Below, piece by piece: positions 46,955 through 56,139 of a stretch of 64,000 nucleotides of DNA. The DNA lies in the NCBI GenBank assembly GCA_019912545.1, contig JAIOIK010000204.1:79-64078 (forward strand). Direction: 5' to 3'. Position 1 is the first letter of the stretch, and each line of letters opens with the position of its first letter. The stretch comes from Ignavibacteria bacterium (GTDB taxonomy: Bacteria > Bacteroidota > Ignavibacteria > Tepidaquicellales > OLB5). A model generated the notes under the pieces. That model was not told where the DNA came from, searched no databases, and saw only the letters and a program-made list of their open reading frames with translations. A program made the position numbers and the translations under genes.

Positions 46955-47809
46955 TTATTTCTTAACGTCTTTCTTTTCATCTTTCTTAACGTCTTTCTTT
47001 TCATCTTTCTTTTCATCTTTCTTTACGTCAGTAGTCGTGGTCTTTGTTTTTCTTACTTTTCTGTATCTCTTTGAACTGTTCTCAGCTTCTTTTTTCTGAG
47101 CATCGGTGAGTGTTGGGATCTTCAAGCACTGTCCAGGATAGATCAAGTTAGGATTGGTTACCTTTTTGTGTCTGTTGATTTTTCTTGAATCCATGTTGGC
47201 AACGCCATTTTTGTTAGCATCCCAAATTGCCGGCCAGTAATACGGTGAACCGTATTTCATCTTGGAGATCTTCCAGAGGCAATCACCTTTTACTACAGTG
47301 TAGCAAGATTCAGGCGGTTTAACTTCCCAATCAGCAAGTTTTTTGGTCATTGAAGCATACCTATCTGCGAATTCAGGTAAGCAACGAGCTTTATCTTTTG
47401 TGATCTCGTCGTAGTACATTTTCCTTGCATCTGCAGGTGTACCAACTTTACCGTTGATCTTCTTTTCAGTCTCTTCAAATTTCTTACGGAAATCAGCTAC
47501 GCCGCTTTTGGTTGTTCCAACCATTGCGTATAAGTCGTTTTCGCATTTTTCGAGCTCTTTATCTTTGTTAGCTGATGTGCTCTTTAAGCCGTCGATCTCG
47601 CTGTTTAAAGCGCTTAATCTTGACTGTAAGTTGTTCTTTTCAGCATTAAGCTCGTCCATCTGTCTCTGCCACTCTTCTTCATCCATTTCTTCCATCTGCT
47701 GGTCGTCATCATCATCGTCATCATCATCATCCTGTGCAAGTAAATTAGCGTTGCTCATGGTCAAGCCAAACGCTATAAAGAATAGTAAAAATAATTTATG
47801 TAATTTCAT
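46955..47809 (-). CDS. secreted coiled-coil / LysM domain protein with a poly-Asp tract and a KKDEKK-repeat tail
   Basis: It has a signal peptide, a D9 tract and a coiled coil. The LysM domain reads 'YTVVKGDCLWKISKMKYGSPYYWPAIWDANK...LIYPGQCLKIP'. Confidence 0.75.
   Translation of the reverse strand: MKLHKLFLLFFIAFGLTMSNANLLAQDDDDDDDDDDQQMEEMDEEEWQRQMDELNAEKNNLQSRLSALNSEIDGLKSTSANKDKELEKCENDLYAMVGTTKSGVADFRKKFEETEKKINGKVGTPADARKMYYDEITKDKARCLPEFADRYASMTKKLADWEVKPPESCYTVVKGDCLWKISKMKYGSPYYWPAIWDANKNGVANMDSRKINRHKKVTNPNLIYPGQCLKIPTLTDAQKKEAENSSKRYRKVRKTKTTTTDVKKDEKKDEKKDVKKDEKKDVKK
46961..47029 (-). repeat. 24-nt tandem repeat (~2.9 copies) encoding the (KKDEKKDV)n tail
   Basis: The unit cttaacgtctttcttttcatcttt occurs twice exactly (46961..46984 and 46985..47008), followed by a partial copy. 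Confidence 0.8.
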
Positions 47810-48088
47810 TTATTTACCCATCCCGTCTAAGCATGCTTTGGTTTTCGCCATATCATCGCCGCATTTTTTGATTTTTGCATCTTTGTCTGAAATCTGTTTC
47901 TGCAAAGAAGCTTTTTCGTCTTCTTTAGCTTTTACCTGTGAGCGTAAGCTTTCAACTTCTGCTTTCAGGTTATTTAAAGCTTCCATCTGCTCTTCGTCAA
48001 CACCGCCACCGCAACCAACCAAAAAAGCTGATCCGGTGAACATTGTTGCAATTAAGAGCATATAAAGCTTGCTTCTTAAATTTGCCAT
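47810..48088 (-). CDS. small coiled-coil lipoprotein (Lpp-like), paralogous to the N-terminal coil of the LysM proteins
   Basis: It has the lipobox LVGC, a heptad-rich sequence and a 'KKCGDDM' motif (compare 'EKCENDL' and 'ENCTDEL'). Its stop abuts the next start. Confidence 0.6.
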   Translation of the reverse strand: MANLRSKLYMLLIATMFTGSAFLVGCGGGVDEEQMEALNNLKAEVESLRSQVKAKEDEKASLQKQISDKDAKIKKCGDDMAKTKACLDGMGK

Positions 48089-48268
48089 TGAAATACCTCC
48101 TGTATTTTATTGGCGTTATTGGAATTATGGTTAATTAACATAGCAAATATAAACAAATTGTTTGCCTTTGTCAAGCGAATTTCTAAAAAACTATACACTA
48201 AATAATTCAAAATTAGGGGAATTTAGCCATTATTGCCAATTTGTACTAAAATTAGGACACTCGTACCG

Positions 48269-49024
48269 TCAATCTTCTTTCCTGCTTCTTAACTTACGGA
48301 AATTCCTGGATCTCTCCTCTGCCTCTTTTCTGCTTTCATCATTAAGTGCAGGGACTTTCAAAACCTGTCCGGGATATATTAAATTGGGGTCAGATACTTT
48401 TCTGTAAATAAAGTCTTCAAAATTATCCGGGTTAACAATTGTTACTCTGTTAGCGTCCCAAATTGCCGGCCATAAATAAGGATTATTGTAACTGGTCTTT
48501 GAAATCCTCCATAAACAGTCACCCTTCACTACTGAATACATGTCCGAGCCTCTGGTTTCAACAACCTGGAAATCGGTCAGGATATTTTTCATCTTTGCAA
48601 ATCTTTCATAAAATTCCGGAAGGCATTTAATTTTTGAATCGGCAATTTCATCATAATAATATTTGTGTGATTCGGCAGGAGTACCAATTCGCCCGATGAT
48701 CCTTTTCTCGGTCTCAGTAAACTTAATCCTGAAATTTTCCACTTCTTCCTTTGATGCACCAACAATTGCATGTAGTTCGTCAGTACAATTTTCTGCTTCA
48801 AGTGATTCATTCAATGCACGTATGCTATCTATTTGCAGGCTGAGTGTATCAATCCTGGCAAGCATCTTGATCGCTTCTATGACGTATATATCCCTGATGG
48901 CTTCCCATTGTTCCTGGTTAAGGTCATCGGGGAGCTTATCGGGCAAATTATTCCTAACCTGTGATATAATTGCGCAGGGTATAAGTATAATGAACAGAAA
49001 AAATATTTTTAATGCTTTTGGCAA
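48269..49024 (-). CDS. secreted coiled-coil / LysM domain protein (paralogue of 46955..47809)
   Basis: The two proteins share blocks: F(R)xKFxETEKxIxGxxGTPA, CLPEF, VVKGDCLW.ISK..Y..PY.WPAIWDAN and LIYPGQ.LK.P. Confidence 0.75.
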   Translation of the reverse strand: MPKALKIFFLFIILIPCAIISQVRNNLPDKLPDDLNQEQWEAIRDIYVIEAIKMLARIDTLSLQIDSIRALNESLEAENCTDELHAIVGASKEEVENFRIKFTETEKRIIGRIGTPAESHKYYYDEIADSKIKCLPEFYERFAKMKNILTDFQVVETRGSDMYSVVKGDCLWRISKTSYNNPYLWPAIWDANRVTIVNPDNFEDFIYRKVSDPNLIYPGQVLKVPALNDESRKEAEERSRNFRKLRSRKED

Positions 49025-49030
49025 CTATAA

Positions 49031-50407
49031 TTATTTAGTGATTTTATAGGTTTCAACAAGCTTAATGCCATCTTCATACCTTAAAATATTCAGCTCAGAA
49101 TTGATACCGTGGTAATCTAATGAAATTTTTGATTTAATTGCATCGTAATTGACCAGATTTTTCAAAGCAGTGTTAAGACCCTCGCGTGTCTTGGAACCGT
49201 CTCCAATAAGCCTGAAGATCAGTTTAGCCGCATCAAAACCGAAGAGAAAATTCTTTGAAAGTTTGAATTTAGTCTTCTTTAGCTTTTCTTTAAGATCGCT
49301 AAAATCCGGGTCATCTTCGCGGGGGTAGTACTCTGATTCAAACACCAGGTTCTTAAGATACACTCCGTTATCCTGCAGCGTCTTTTCATTATTCCAGTCT
49401 CCGGTGCCGGCAATGTACATGCTTAGTCCATCAGAAAACAGCTGGGGAACAATCACATTGATCTCATTTGGATTGGCGATCGGTATGTAAATAGCATCTA
49501 TAACTCCCTGCACAAATTTAGTTGTTTCAGGCTTAAGCTTGTAAGGCTTGATATTCATAGTATCAATGATCTTTTTGGCATTAGCCCCAAACATGTAATA
49601 GATACTGATATCCATATTAAATGAAATAGACGAATCTATCAGGCTCCACCGCACTCCTGCATTTTCAAGCTTTTGTTTCTGTGTTAAATTCAGATTTGCG
49701 GCATTAACGAACATATCGTTTTCACGGATGTACTTTACGATCTTGCCTATCTGTTCAGTTATCTCCTTCGGGTCTTTTGGGTATGATTCTGCAAGCAGAA
49801 CCTTCCCTCCCATGGTTTTAACTTCATTCTCAAAATACTTCTTAAAATTTTCGCCATAGGTCTCTTCGTAAATAACAGCAAAATTCTTCAGCCCGTTTTT
49901 TTTGATAAGGTAATCTGCCATTAATTTACCACGGACCTCGTAGCTTGGATTGAGCTGGTAAACATAATTGTGAGCAGAAGCAAGCTCGTCTCCAGTTGCA
50001 GTAGGGGAGATTATCGGGATCTTGAACTGCGGGCCGTTTATTGCCGATTCGCTTAACTCACTGCTGAATACCGGTCCTATTACCCCGATCATTTCTTCAT
50101 TTTCACCAAAAGATTTGATAATTTCTGCGGCAACTACGGGATCACGCCTGGTATCCATGACTTCAAGAGTTATCTTTACCGGTGCATTCTTGCTGTATTC
50201 TGTTAAGGCAAACTTTATTCCGTCAAGAATTTCTCCGCCAAGTTGTTTCTTTGAATTATCATCACTTTCCGTAAAGAGCGGCAGGGCAACTCCAATTTTC
50301 ACTGTTGATTGCGAATGCAAAGCTGAAAAATTTGCAAAGAGTGCAAACAGCGAAATAATGAAAAACTTGGTATTTAGTATTTGATATTTGATTTTTGTTA
50401 CTCCCAT
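49031..50407 (-). CDS. periplasmic binding protein type 1 (Leu/Ile/Val-binding or LpoA-like)
   Basis: It has a signal peptide followed by 'VKIGVALPLFTES...ITLEVMDTRRDPVVAAE'. Confidence 0.6.
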   Translation of the reverse strand: MGVTKIKYQILNTKFFIISLFALFANFSALHSQSTVKIGVALPLFTESDDNSKKQLGGEILDGIKFALTEYSKNAPVKITLEVMDTRRDPVVAAEIIKSFGENEEMIGVIGPVFSSELSESAINGPQFKIPIISPTATGDELASAHNYVYQLNPSYEVRGKLMADYLIKKNGLKNFAVIYEETYGENFKKYFENEVKTMGGKVLLAESYPKDPKEITEQIGKIVKYIRENDMFVNAANLNLTQKQKLENAGVRWSLIDSSISFNMDISIYYMFGANAKKIIDTMNIKPYKLKPETTKFVQGVIDAIYIPIANPNEINVIVPQLFSDGLSMYIAGTGDWNNEKTLQDNGVYLKNLVFESEYYPREDDPDFSDLKEKLKKTKFKLSKNFLFGFDAAKLIFRLIGDGSKTREGLNTALKNLVNYDAIKSKISLDYHGINSELNILRYEDGIKLVETYKITK

Positions 50408-51963
50408 TCAATTGTTGATGGCGGTTTGTTGCTTATATCATATACAACGCGGTTTATTCCCTTTACGTTGTTGGTGATCTTTGTTGAGATCTCTTCCAAA
50501 GCGGCCGGTGGCATGTGAAACCAGTTTGCAGTCATGCCGTCAACGCTTTCAACAGCCCTAAGTGCAAGAACTCTTTCATAAGTTCTTACATCACCCATTA
50601 CTCCCACGGTTGATACAGGCAATAATACACAAAATGCCTGCCATATCCTGTTGTAAAGCTTATGTTTATGCAGGCTTTCTCTGTAAATATAATCTGCATC
50701 CCGTAATATATCAAGTTTTTCTTTTGTAACACTACCTAATATTCTTACTCCAAGTCCCGGCCCGGGGAAGGGATGCCGTTCAAGTATTACTGCAGGTACC
50801 TTTAACAGCTTACCGGTTATACGAACTTCGTCTTTGAACAGTTCCCTGAATGGCTCAATCAGGCTCATATGCAGCGATTTGGGCAAGCCGCCCACATTGT
50901 GGTGTGATTTGATCGTCACAGAGGCACCCTGAAATGATGATGACTCAATTACATCGGGATACAATGTGCCCTGAACAAGGAACTTTATCTTGTGCGTTTT
51001 CTTTCTGCTGCTTAATCTCCTGCTTTCTTTCCGGGCAAAATCCTGGAATACATCTATGAACGCCTTACCGATTATTTTCCTCTTTTTTTCCGGATCAGTT
51101 ACTCCTTTTAAACGGGTTAAAAAAATCTTTGACGCATCTATAAACCTTAGGTTAAGTTTCTTTGAGAAATATTTTATGATCTCTTTGCTTTCATTTTTTC
51201 GCATCAGCCCGTTATCGATATGTACGCATATCAGGCGTTTTCCTATGGCTTTATTTATGAGATATGCCGCCACTGCAGAATCAACTCCGCCGCTCATTGC
51301 GCAAATAGCGTATTCATCTCCAACCTTAGCGCATATCTCCTTAACCTTCTCATCAATAAATGAACCCATCTTCCATTGATTCTTTATCCTGCAGACCCTG
51401 TACAGGAAATTCCTTAAAATTCTGGTCCCTTCCTGTGTGTGGTTAACTTCAGGGTGGAACTGAACACCGTATATCATTCCTTTTTTGGATTCAAAACTGC
51501 TGATAAGCCCGTTCTCACTCCGGGAAGTCACTTTAAATTCTTTCGGAAGAGTTTTAATATGATCATGGTGGCTCATCCAAACTGTTAATTTTTTTGAAAC
51601 CCCTTCAAGTATTACAGTTCTTGCTGTAATTTGAATATTTGTCTTGCCGAATTCACGGGTCTTGCCGCCCTTTACAGTTCCCTTGAAGTGATGTGAAAGC
51701 AATTGCAGTCCGTAGCAAATTCCAAGAATTGGCAATTTAAGATCGAGTATTGAGTTTGCAAGCCGGTTTGCGTTTTTCATATAAACGCTTTGCGGCCCGC
51801 CTGAGAGAATTATTCCTTTGAGCGACTTATCATTCTTTAAGTATGTCAGATCAGCCGTACAGGGCAAAATTTCTGAATATACATGACACTCCCTTACCTT
51901 ACGGGCGATCAGCTTGGTATATTGCGAACCGAAATCTATTATTATTATTTTATCTGCTGTCAT
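50398..51963 (-). CDS. guaA: glutamine-hydrolysing GMP synthase
   Basis: The GATase domain starts 'IIIIDFGSQYTKLIARKVRE', with a PP-loop 'SGGVDS' and a C-terminal 'TIEWE'. The ATG at 51963 is preferred over the upstream start at 52026. Confidence 0.95.
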   Translation of the reverse strand: MTADKIIIIDFGSQYTKLIARKVRECHVYSEILPCTADLTYLKNDKSLKGIILSGGPQSVYMKNANRLANSILDLKLPILGICYGLQLLSHHFKGTVKGGKTREFGKTNIQITARTVILEGVSKKLTVWMSHHDHIKTLPKEFKVTSRSENGLISSFESKKGMIYGVQFHPEVNHTQEGTRILRNFLYRVCRIKNQWKMGSFIDEKVKEICAKVGDEYAICAMSGGVDSAVAAYLINKAIGKRLICVHIDNGLMRKNESKEIIKYFSKKLNLRFIDASKIFLTRLKGVTDPEKKRKIIGKAFIDVFQDFARKESRRLSSRKKTHKIKFLVQGTLYPDVIESSSFQGASVTIKSHHNVGGLPKSLHMSLIEPFRELFKDEVRITGKLLKVPAVILERHPFPGPGLGVRILGSVTKEKLDILRDADYIYRESLHKHKLYNRIWQAFCVLLPVSTVGVMGDVRTYERVLALRAVESVDGMTANWFHMPPAALEEISTKITNNVKGINRVVYDISNKPPSTIEWE

Positions 51964-52065
51964 TCTCGCCTTGTCATTCCCGTCCCGCAACAAGTGCGGG
52001 ATAAACTGCGGCTGGAATACATTCATGGGATTACATGAATTTCTCCAAAAATTGATATTTGCTAT

Positions 52066-52986
52066 TTACAATTTACTATTTGCTATCAGGTATTTACTAT
52101 TTGCAATAGCAAGTTTAACTGCTCCCCAAACAGGCTTATACTTTGCCCTGAAGAGTTCAATCTTTCCGTATTTCTTTCTTGCCGGTGCTGTTAAATATTT
52201 CTCAAGAAGCTTCTCTTCTGTAAACAGTGAACCCATAAGCGCTATTCTGCATTTCCTGTTCTTTAAAGGGATAAAGTGTGTAAGGAGATTTTCTGCTGCA
52301 CTTTTGAGAATTTCGATCGAAACTTTATCGCCCTTTTCCGCAGCCCTGAAGACATGTCGGGTGATTTTCGAAATTTCAAACTGATTTATGTAAACTTCCT
52401 GAATTATGTTCGTTGAATCAATGCAAAATTCTTTTTTCAATATCTCTACAAGCCTTGTTCTTGCGGCTCTGCCATCATAATACCTTGTTACCTTATACAA
52501 AGCCTCTCTTGCAATCCAGTGTCCGCTTCCTTCATCACCAATATGCCTGCCCCAGCCGCCTATTCTGATCAGTTTGCCTTTGCTATCTATATAATAGAGT
52601 ATTGAACCTGTCCCGGCAATCAGTATCCCGCAATTTTTATCTCCCGGCTCAAACGCAGAGGCAAATGCTGTTTCTGTATCGCTAAGTACTTTGATATTTC
52701 TGATGCCGGTTTGTTTTGTTACTGCAACCTCAAGCTTTTTTCTGTCCTTCTCAAATCTTGCCCCTGATATTCCCGCTGCAACTGATACTACTTCTTCTTT
52801 CCCAATACCTCTTGCCGAATCATTAACAATATGAGCCAGTCTTTTGGCGGATTCCTCAAATCCCAGCACATTTAGATTAATTGAAGCATACTTCTTCAGC
52901 TCTCCTTTTTTCTCTGCAGAGCCAATCGGTAAAATGAATGCTTCGCTTTTTGTAGCGCCGGAATCTATTCCTAAGACGTATTTCAA
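52066..52986 (-). CDS. BadF/BadG/BcrA/BcrD-type ATPase (N-acetylglucosamine kinase-like)
   Basis: It contains LGIDSGATKSE, IAGTGS and GGWGRHIGDEGSGHWIA. Confidence 0.75.
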   Translation of the reverse strand: MKYVLGIDSGATKSEAFILPIGSAEKKGELKKYASINLNVLGFEESAKRLAHIVNDSARGIGKEEVVSVAAGISGARFEKDRKKLEVAVTKQTGIRNIKVLSDTETAFASAFEPGDKNCGILIAGTGSILYYIDSKGKLIRIGGWGRHIGDEGSGHWIAREALYKVTRYYDGRAARTRLVEILKKEFCIDSTNIIQEVYINQFEISKITRHVFRAAEKGDKVSIEILKSAAENLLTHFIPLKNRKCRIALMGSLFTEEKLLEKYLTAPARKKYGKIELFRAKYKPVWGAVKLAIANSKYLIANSKL

Positions 52987-53129
52987 TTAATGTTTTGGAA
53001 AATTATTGAGAAGTACACAAAAATAAGGATATTTGAACAAAAAGGATATGAAGTAATAATCATTATCTTCCAAATGCAATTCGGTCCAAATTGTATCATA
53101 AAATTTTATATATTGACACTTGACAATTC

Positions 53130-53143
53130 AAACATTAATGTTT
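53130..53143. promoter_or_regulatory. 14-bp perfect palindrome AAACATTAATGTTT next to tandem TTGACA boxes, upstream of the T9SS cargo cluster
   Basis: Read directly from the sequence. The TTGACAcTTGACA boxes are at about 53113-53125. Confidence 0.3.
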
Positions 53144-53269
53144 ATGTTTACTGTGAATACAAATTCTGTTATTATTATCAAATGAAACGATTGATTGGTT
53201 GATAATCCTTAGACCCTGAAACAGATATAATCTTTACGACCGGACTTCCATAAATTTTTAGATTTTCAA

Positions 53270-54502
53270 ATGAAAAAAGTGACCTTAATTGCGCTAGCCC
53301 TCCTGTTGCAGCAGGCATTGCTATATACACAGTGGCAGCAGATTGCCACAATCGGCAATAATGACCTGAGGGCTGTGAAATTCTTCAATGAATTTACAGG
53401 CATTGTTGTTGGACAAGGCGGTATTTGGCGCTCAACAAATGCTGGGGTCAACTGGACTCCAGTTCAAAATGGCGTAAATCTAAATAGCATTTCTTTTCCC
53501 GACATAAATAATGGTTATGCGGTTGGCGATAGCGGCAAGATATTTAAGAGCACCGATAATGGACAAACTTGGTATTCTCAAATAAGTAATGTTCAGTTTG
53601 ATTTATATAGCGTTAGTTTCATTAATAACAATACTGGACATGCTGTTGGTAATAATGGAATTATTCTTAGAACTCAATTAGGAGGTTCCTCTTGGTATCA
53701 AAATACAAATCCAGTTGCAGAGAATGTAAATTGTATACAAATGATCACAAATTCCACTGTGATAGCATGCGGAAGTGTAAGTAGTGAGACTTTTCTCTCA
53801 ACAGGAAATGGCGGCACTAATTGGATATATACTTTGGGTGTTGCAGGAAATCATTTGAATGCGCTGAGTAAAATACCAATGCAGCCTAATGGAAGTAATA
53901 TAGTTGCAGTGGGAAGTAATGGGAGAATTAGGAAATCCACCAATTCCGGTGGTTCATGGGCAATAATCAATAGTCCGGTTAGCTACCAATTTAATGGAAT
54001 TATTTTTATCGATTCATTAATAGGTTATATTGCTGGTGATAATGGTGCTATTCTATTCACTTCTACCGGCGGAAATAACTGGATTACACAGTCATCTTCC
54101 TCACCGAGTAATCTGAAGTCTTTATCGTTTATAAATTCTTTAACTGGATGGGTAGTTGGAAGCAGTGGTGTGGTATTGAGGAAAGGAATTCCAGTGGGAG
54201 TACCTGAACAAGAAGTAAGTTTACCAGAATCTTTTTATTTATACCAGAATTATCCAAACCCATTTAACCCAAGTACAATTATTAGATTCAAAATTTTCAA
54301 GCCTGCACATTATGATTTAAAGGTATTCGAAATTAAAGGGGGGTTAATTTCAACATTATTTGATAAATTTCTACAAAACGGAACGTATGAAATGAGTTTT
54401 TTTAGTAACTATTCTTTTCAAGAATTGCCTACCGGAGTTTATTTTTATACCTTAAAAAGTTCAAAGGAAACAATTTCTAAAAAAATGTTATTAATCAAAT
54501 AA
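53270..54502 (+). CDS. secreted Ycf48/BNR-like beta-propeller protein with a T9SS sorting domain
   Basis: It has repeated 'G.I..ST(D/N)GG..W' blades, and the tail reads 'YQNYPNPFNPSTIIRF...GVYFYTL'. Confidence 0.7.
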   Translation: MKKVTLIALALLLQQALLYTQWQQIATIGNNDLRAVKFFNEFTGIVVGQGGIWRSTNAGVNWTPVQNGVNLNSISFPDINNGYAVGDSGKIFKSTDNGQTWYSQISNVQFDLYSVSFINNNTGHAVGNNGIILRTQLGGSSWYQNTNPVAENVNCIQMITNSTVIACGSVSSETFLSTGNGGTNWIYTLGVAGNHLNALSKIPMQPNGSNIVAVGSNGRIRKSTNSGGSWAIINSPVSYQFNGIIFIDSLIGYIAGDNGAILFTSTGGNNWITQSSSSPSNLKSLSFINSLTGWVVGSSGVVLRKGIPVGVPEQEVSLPESFYLYQNYPNPFNPSTIIRFKIFKPAHYDLKVFEIKGGLISTLFDKFLQNGTYEMSFFSNYSFQELPTGVYFYTLKSSKETISKKMLLIK

Positions 54503-54510
54503 TTATAAAG

Positions 54511-56130
54511 ATGAAGAAAAAAATATTACGCTATATTGCAGTTTTATTTTGCTTCTGGAATGCATTAGGTTGTAGTGATAGTGAACCAACGGATGATGAC
54601 GAAAATCCTATAATGGAAATTGATTGTAATTGTATAACAGGTGCAGATAAATTCGCACATGTTGAATATGATTACATGCATAACTCAACTACAAATAAAA
54701 GCTACTACACAATAGAACCAGGACAATTCAGTAAATTGACAAGTGCTTTTTATGATCGAGTTAGAGTTAATCTAGTTTTTAATCAAGGACCTAATGCAGG
54801 TGAAATTGGGACCAAAATACCTTGGAAGATCATGTATAATGAAGTTATCGCAAGTTTAGACTCTATTGAGGTAGAAAACAGAAATACAGGTACTTTGTTT
54901 TATATCGCCATCATTGATCATTGTACGATTAATCCAAACCCCGATCAATTAGGGAAAACCAAAACATATTCAAACGGATCACCTTATTTTTGGACAACAA
55001 GGGGTTATTCCGTTGTTTTCGCTGGCAAGATAGAGCAATATCCAAATATTCAAAAAGTAGAAAACTGCAGAACACAAGCTACGGCGCATGAATTAGGACA
55101 TTTGATCGGTGTTTATGGTGATAATGAAACACATGAGGGGAATTACGATGATTGCTGTATAATGGCGTACTTTAATCCTACAGAGCCACTAAATTGTATT
55201 CGCGATGATTTTACTTTTTGTGATAAGCACGCTTGCCATAACAACTGTTTTGCAAGTCAGCCGCAATTTGCAGGTAGCACGGTGTCAATTTCAAAATCTA
55301 ACTTGATTTATAATATTTCATTGAACAAAGACAAATTTGTAGAGGCTGAACCAATTTTGATTTCTCTAAAAGTACAAAATAATGGACCCAATTTAGATTC
55401 TGTGAGCTACTTTGACTTTGAAGAGTTTCATAATAATCTGGTAGTAACCAATTCTGAAGATATAGCCGGACTTAAAAAGTCTTTGTTTACATATTTTGGA
55501 AAAGTTCCTTATACATTAATCAAACCGAATTCTGGTATCTCAATAACATTTGAACTTCAAGAATTTTTTGGATATAAAATGTTACCCCATTCCTTTTATT
55601 CAAAGGAAACTTTTTTCAGTGAAGGAGAATATTCTGTTCAATTGGTGAAGAATGGTATAAATTCTAATAAAATTAAGTTTATTGTTGAAAAACCAACCGA
55701 TAATGAATCGGTAATTTTCAATAAATTGATAAATATTTACAATATGATCGAAGTTGATATGAAGGCACCCGAAGGAAAAAGATATCAAGAAAAAGTCATT
55801 CAGGCAAAGTATGATTCAGTAAAAACACTTGTCAATAACTTAAATAAGAACGCTTACACTGAGGAAATATTTCAAATTTATAATAAAATGAGTGCTTCTT
55901 TTGGTCTAAAAGATGAAATAATTGATAGAAACTTATGGTTTATAAGAAACTATCCTGATTCTTATTTTCTAAAAGACATAATTTATAATACTACTCGTGC
56001 ATTGTTCTATATCAGAGATGGAGACGTATCTGTAAAATCAGTGTTAAATGGAATAATACAGGAATTTCCCAACTCGAAAGCTGCAAATATTTCTCAGGAA
56101 TTCTTAACAAATGAAAATTATAAAAAGTAA
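54511..56130 (+). CDS. lipoprotein with a zinc-metallopeptidase-like HExxH motif
   Basis: It has the lipobox LGCS and contains 'ATAHELGHLIGVYGDNETHEG'. No family was assigned. Confidence 0.5.
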   Translation: MKKKILRYIAVLFCFWNALGCSDSEPTDDDENPIMEIDCNCITGADKFAHVEYDYMHNSTTNKSYYTIEPGQFSKLTSAFYDRVRVNLVFNQGPNAGEIGTKIPWKIMYNEVIASLDSIEVENRNTGTLFYIAIIDHCTINPNPDQLGKTKTYSNGSPYFWTTRGYSVVFAGKIEQYPNIQKVENCRTQATAHELGHLIGVYGDNETHEGNYDDCCIMAYFNPTEPLNCIRDDFTFCDKHACHNNCFASQPQFAGSTVSISKSNLIYNISLNKDKFVEAEPILISLKVQNNGPNLDSVSYFDFEEFHNNLVVTNSEDIAGLKKSLFTYFGKVPYTLIKPNSGISITFELQEFFGYKMLPHSFYSKETFFSEGEYSVQLVKNGINSNKIKFIVEKPTDNESVIFNKLINIYNMIEVDMKAPEGKRYQEKVIQAKYDSVKTLVNNLNKNAYTEEIFQIYNKMSASFGLKDEIIDRNLWFIRNYPDSYFLKDIIYNTTRALFYIRDGDVSVKSVLNGIIQEFPNSKAANISQEFLTNENYKK

Positions 56131-56139
56131 CCTTAAAAA

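Noticed and set aside
46961-47029. Tandem repeats here and at 3945..5985 considered as a CRISPR-like array.
   Set aside because: The units are contiguous with no unique spacers, and they lie in-frame within coding sequences. No cas genes are present.
47454-48065. Long antisense ORFs inside confident genes. Examples are the 203-aa Ser-rich ORF here, and also 10247..10636, 22684..23172, 28024..28575, 29017..29511, 37447..37947 and 51914..52384.
   Set aside because: These are shadow ORFs opposite well-supported genes. They have low-complexity or compositionally biased translations and no independent signals.
51964-52026. The upstream start giving a 542-aa GuaA, and the TTG at 11248 giving a 331-aa MiaA.
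   Set aside because: The N-terminal extensions are unconserved-looking and overlap repeat or neighbour-gene sequence. Internal ATGs (51963 and 11281) give canonical N-termini.
52066-52110. Local duplication ATTTACTATTTGC(T/A)AT x2 at the 3' end of the BadF-type ATPase gene, giving the C-terminus LIANSKYLIANSKL.
   Set aside because: It is a simple short duplication extending the ORF tail, with no further structure. It is probably neutral.
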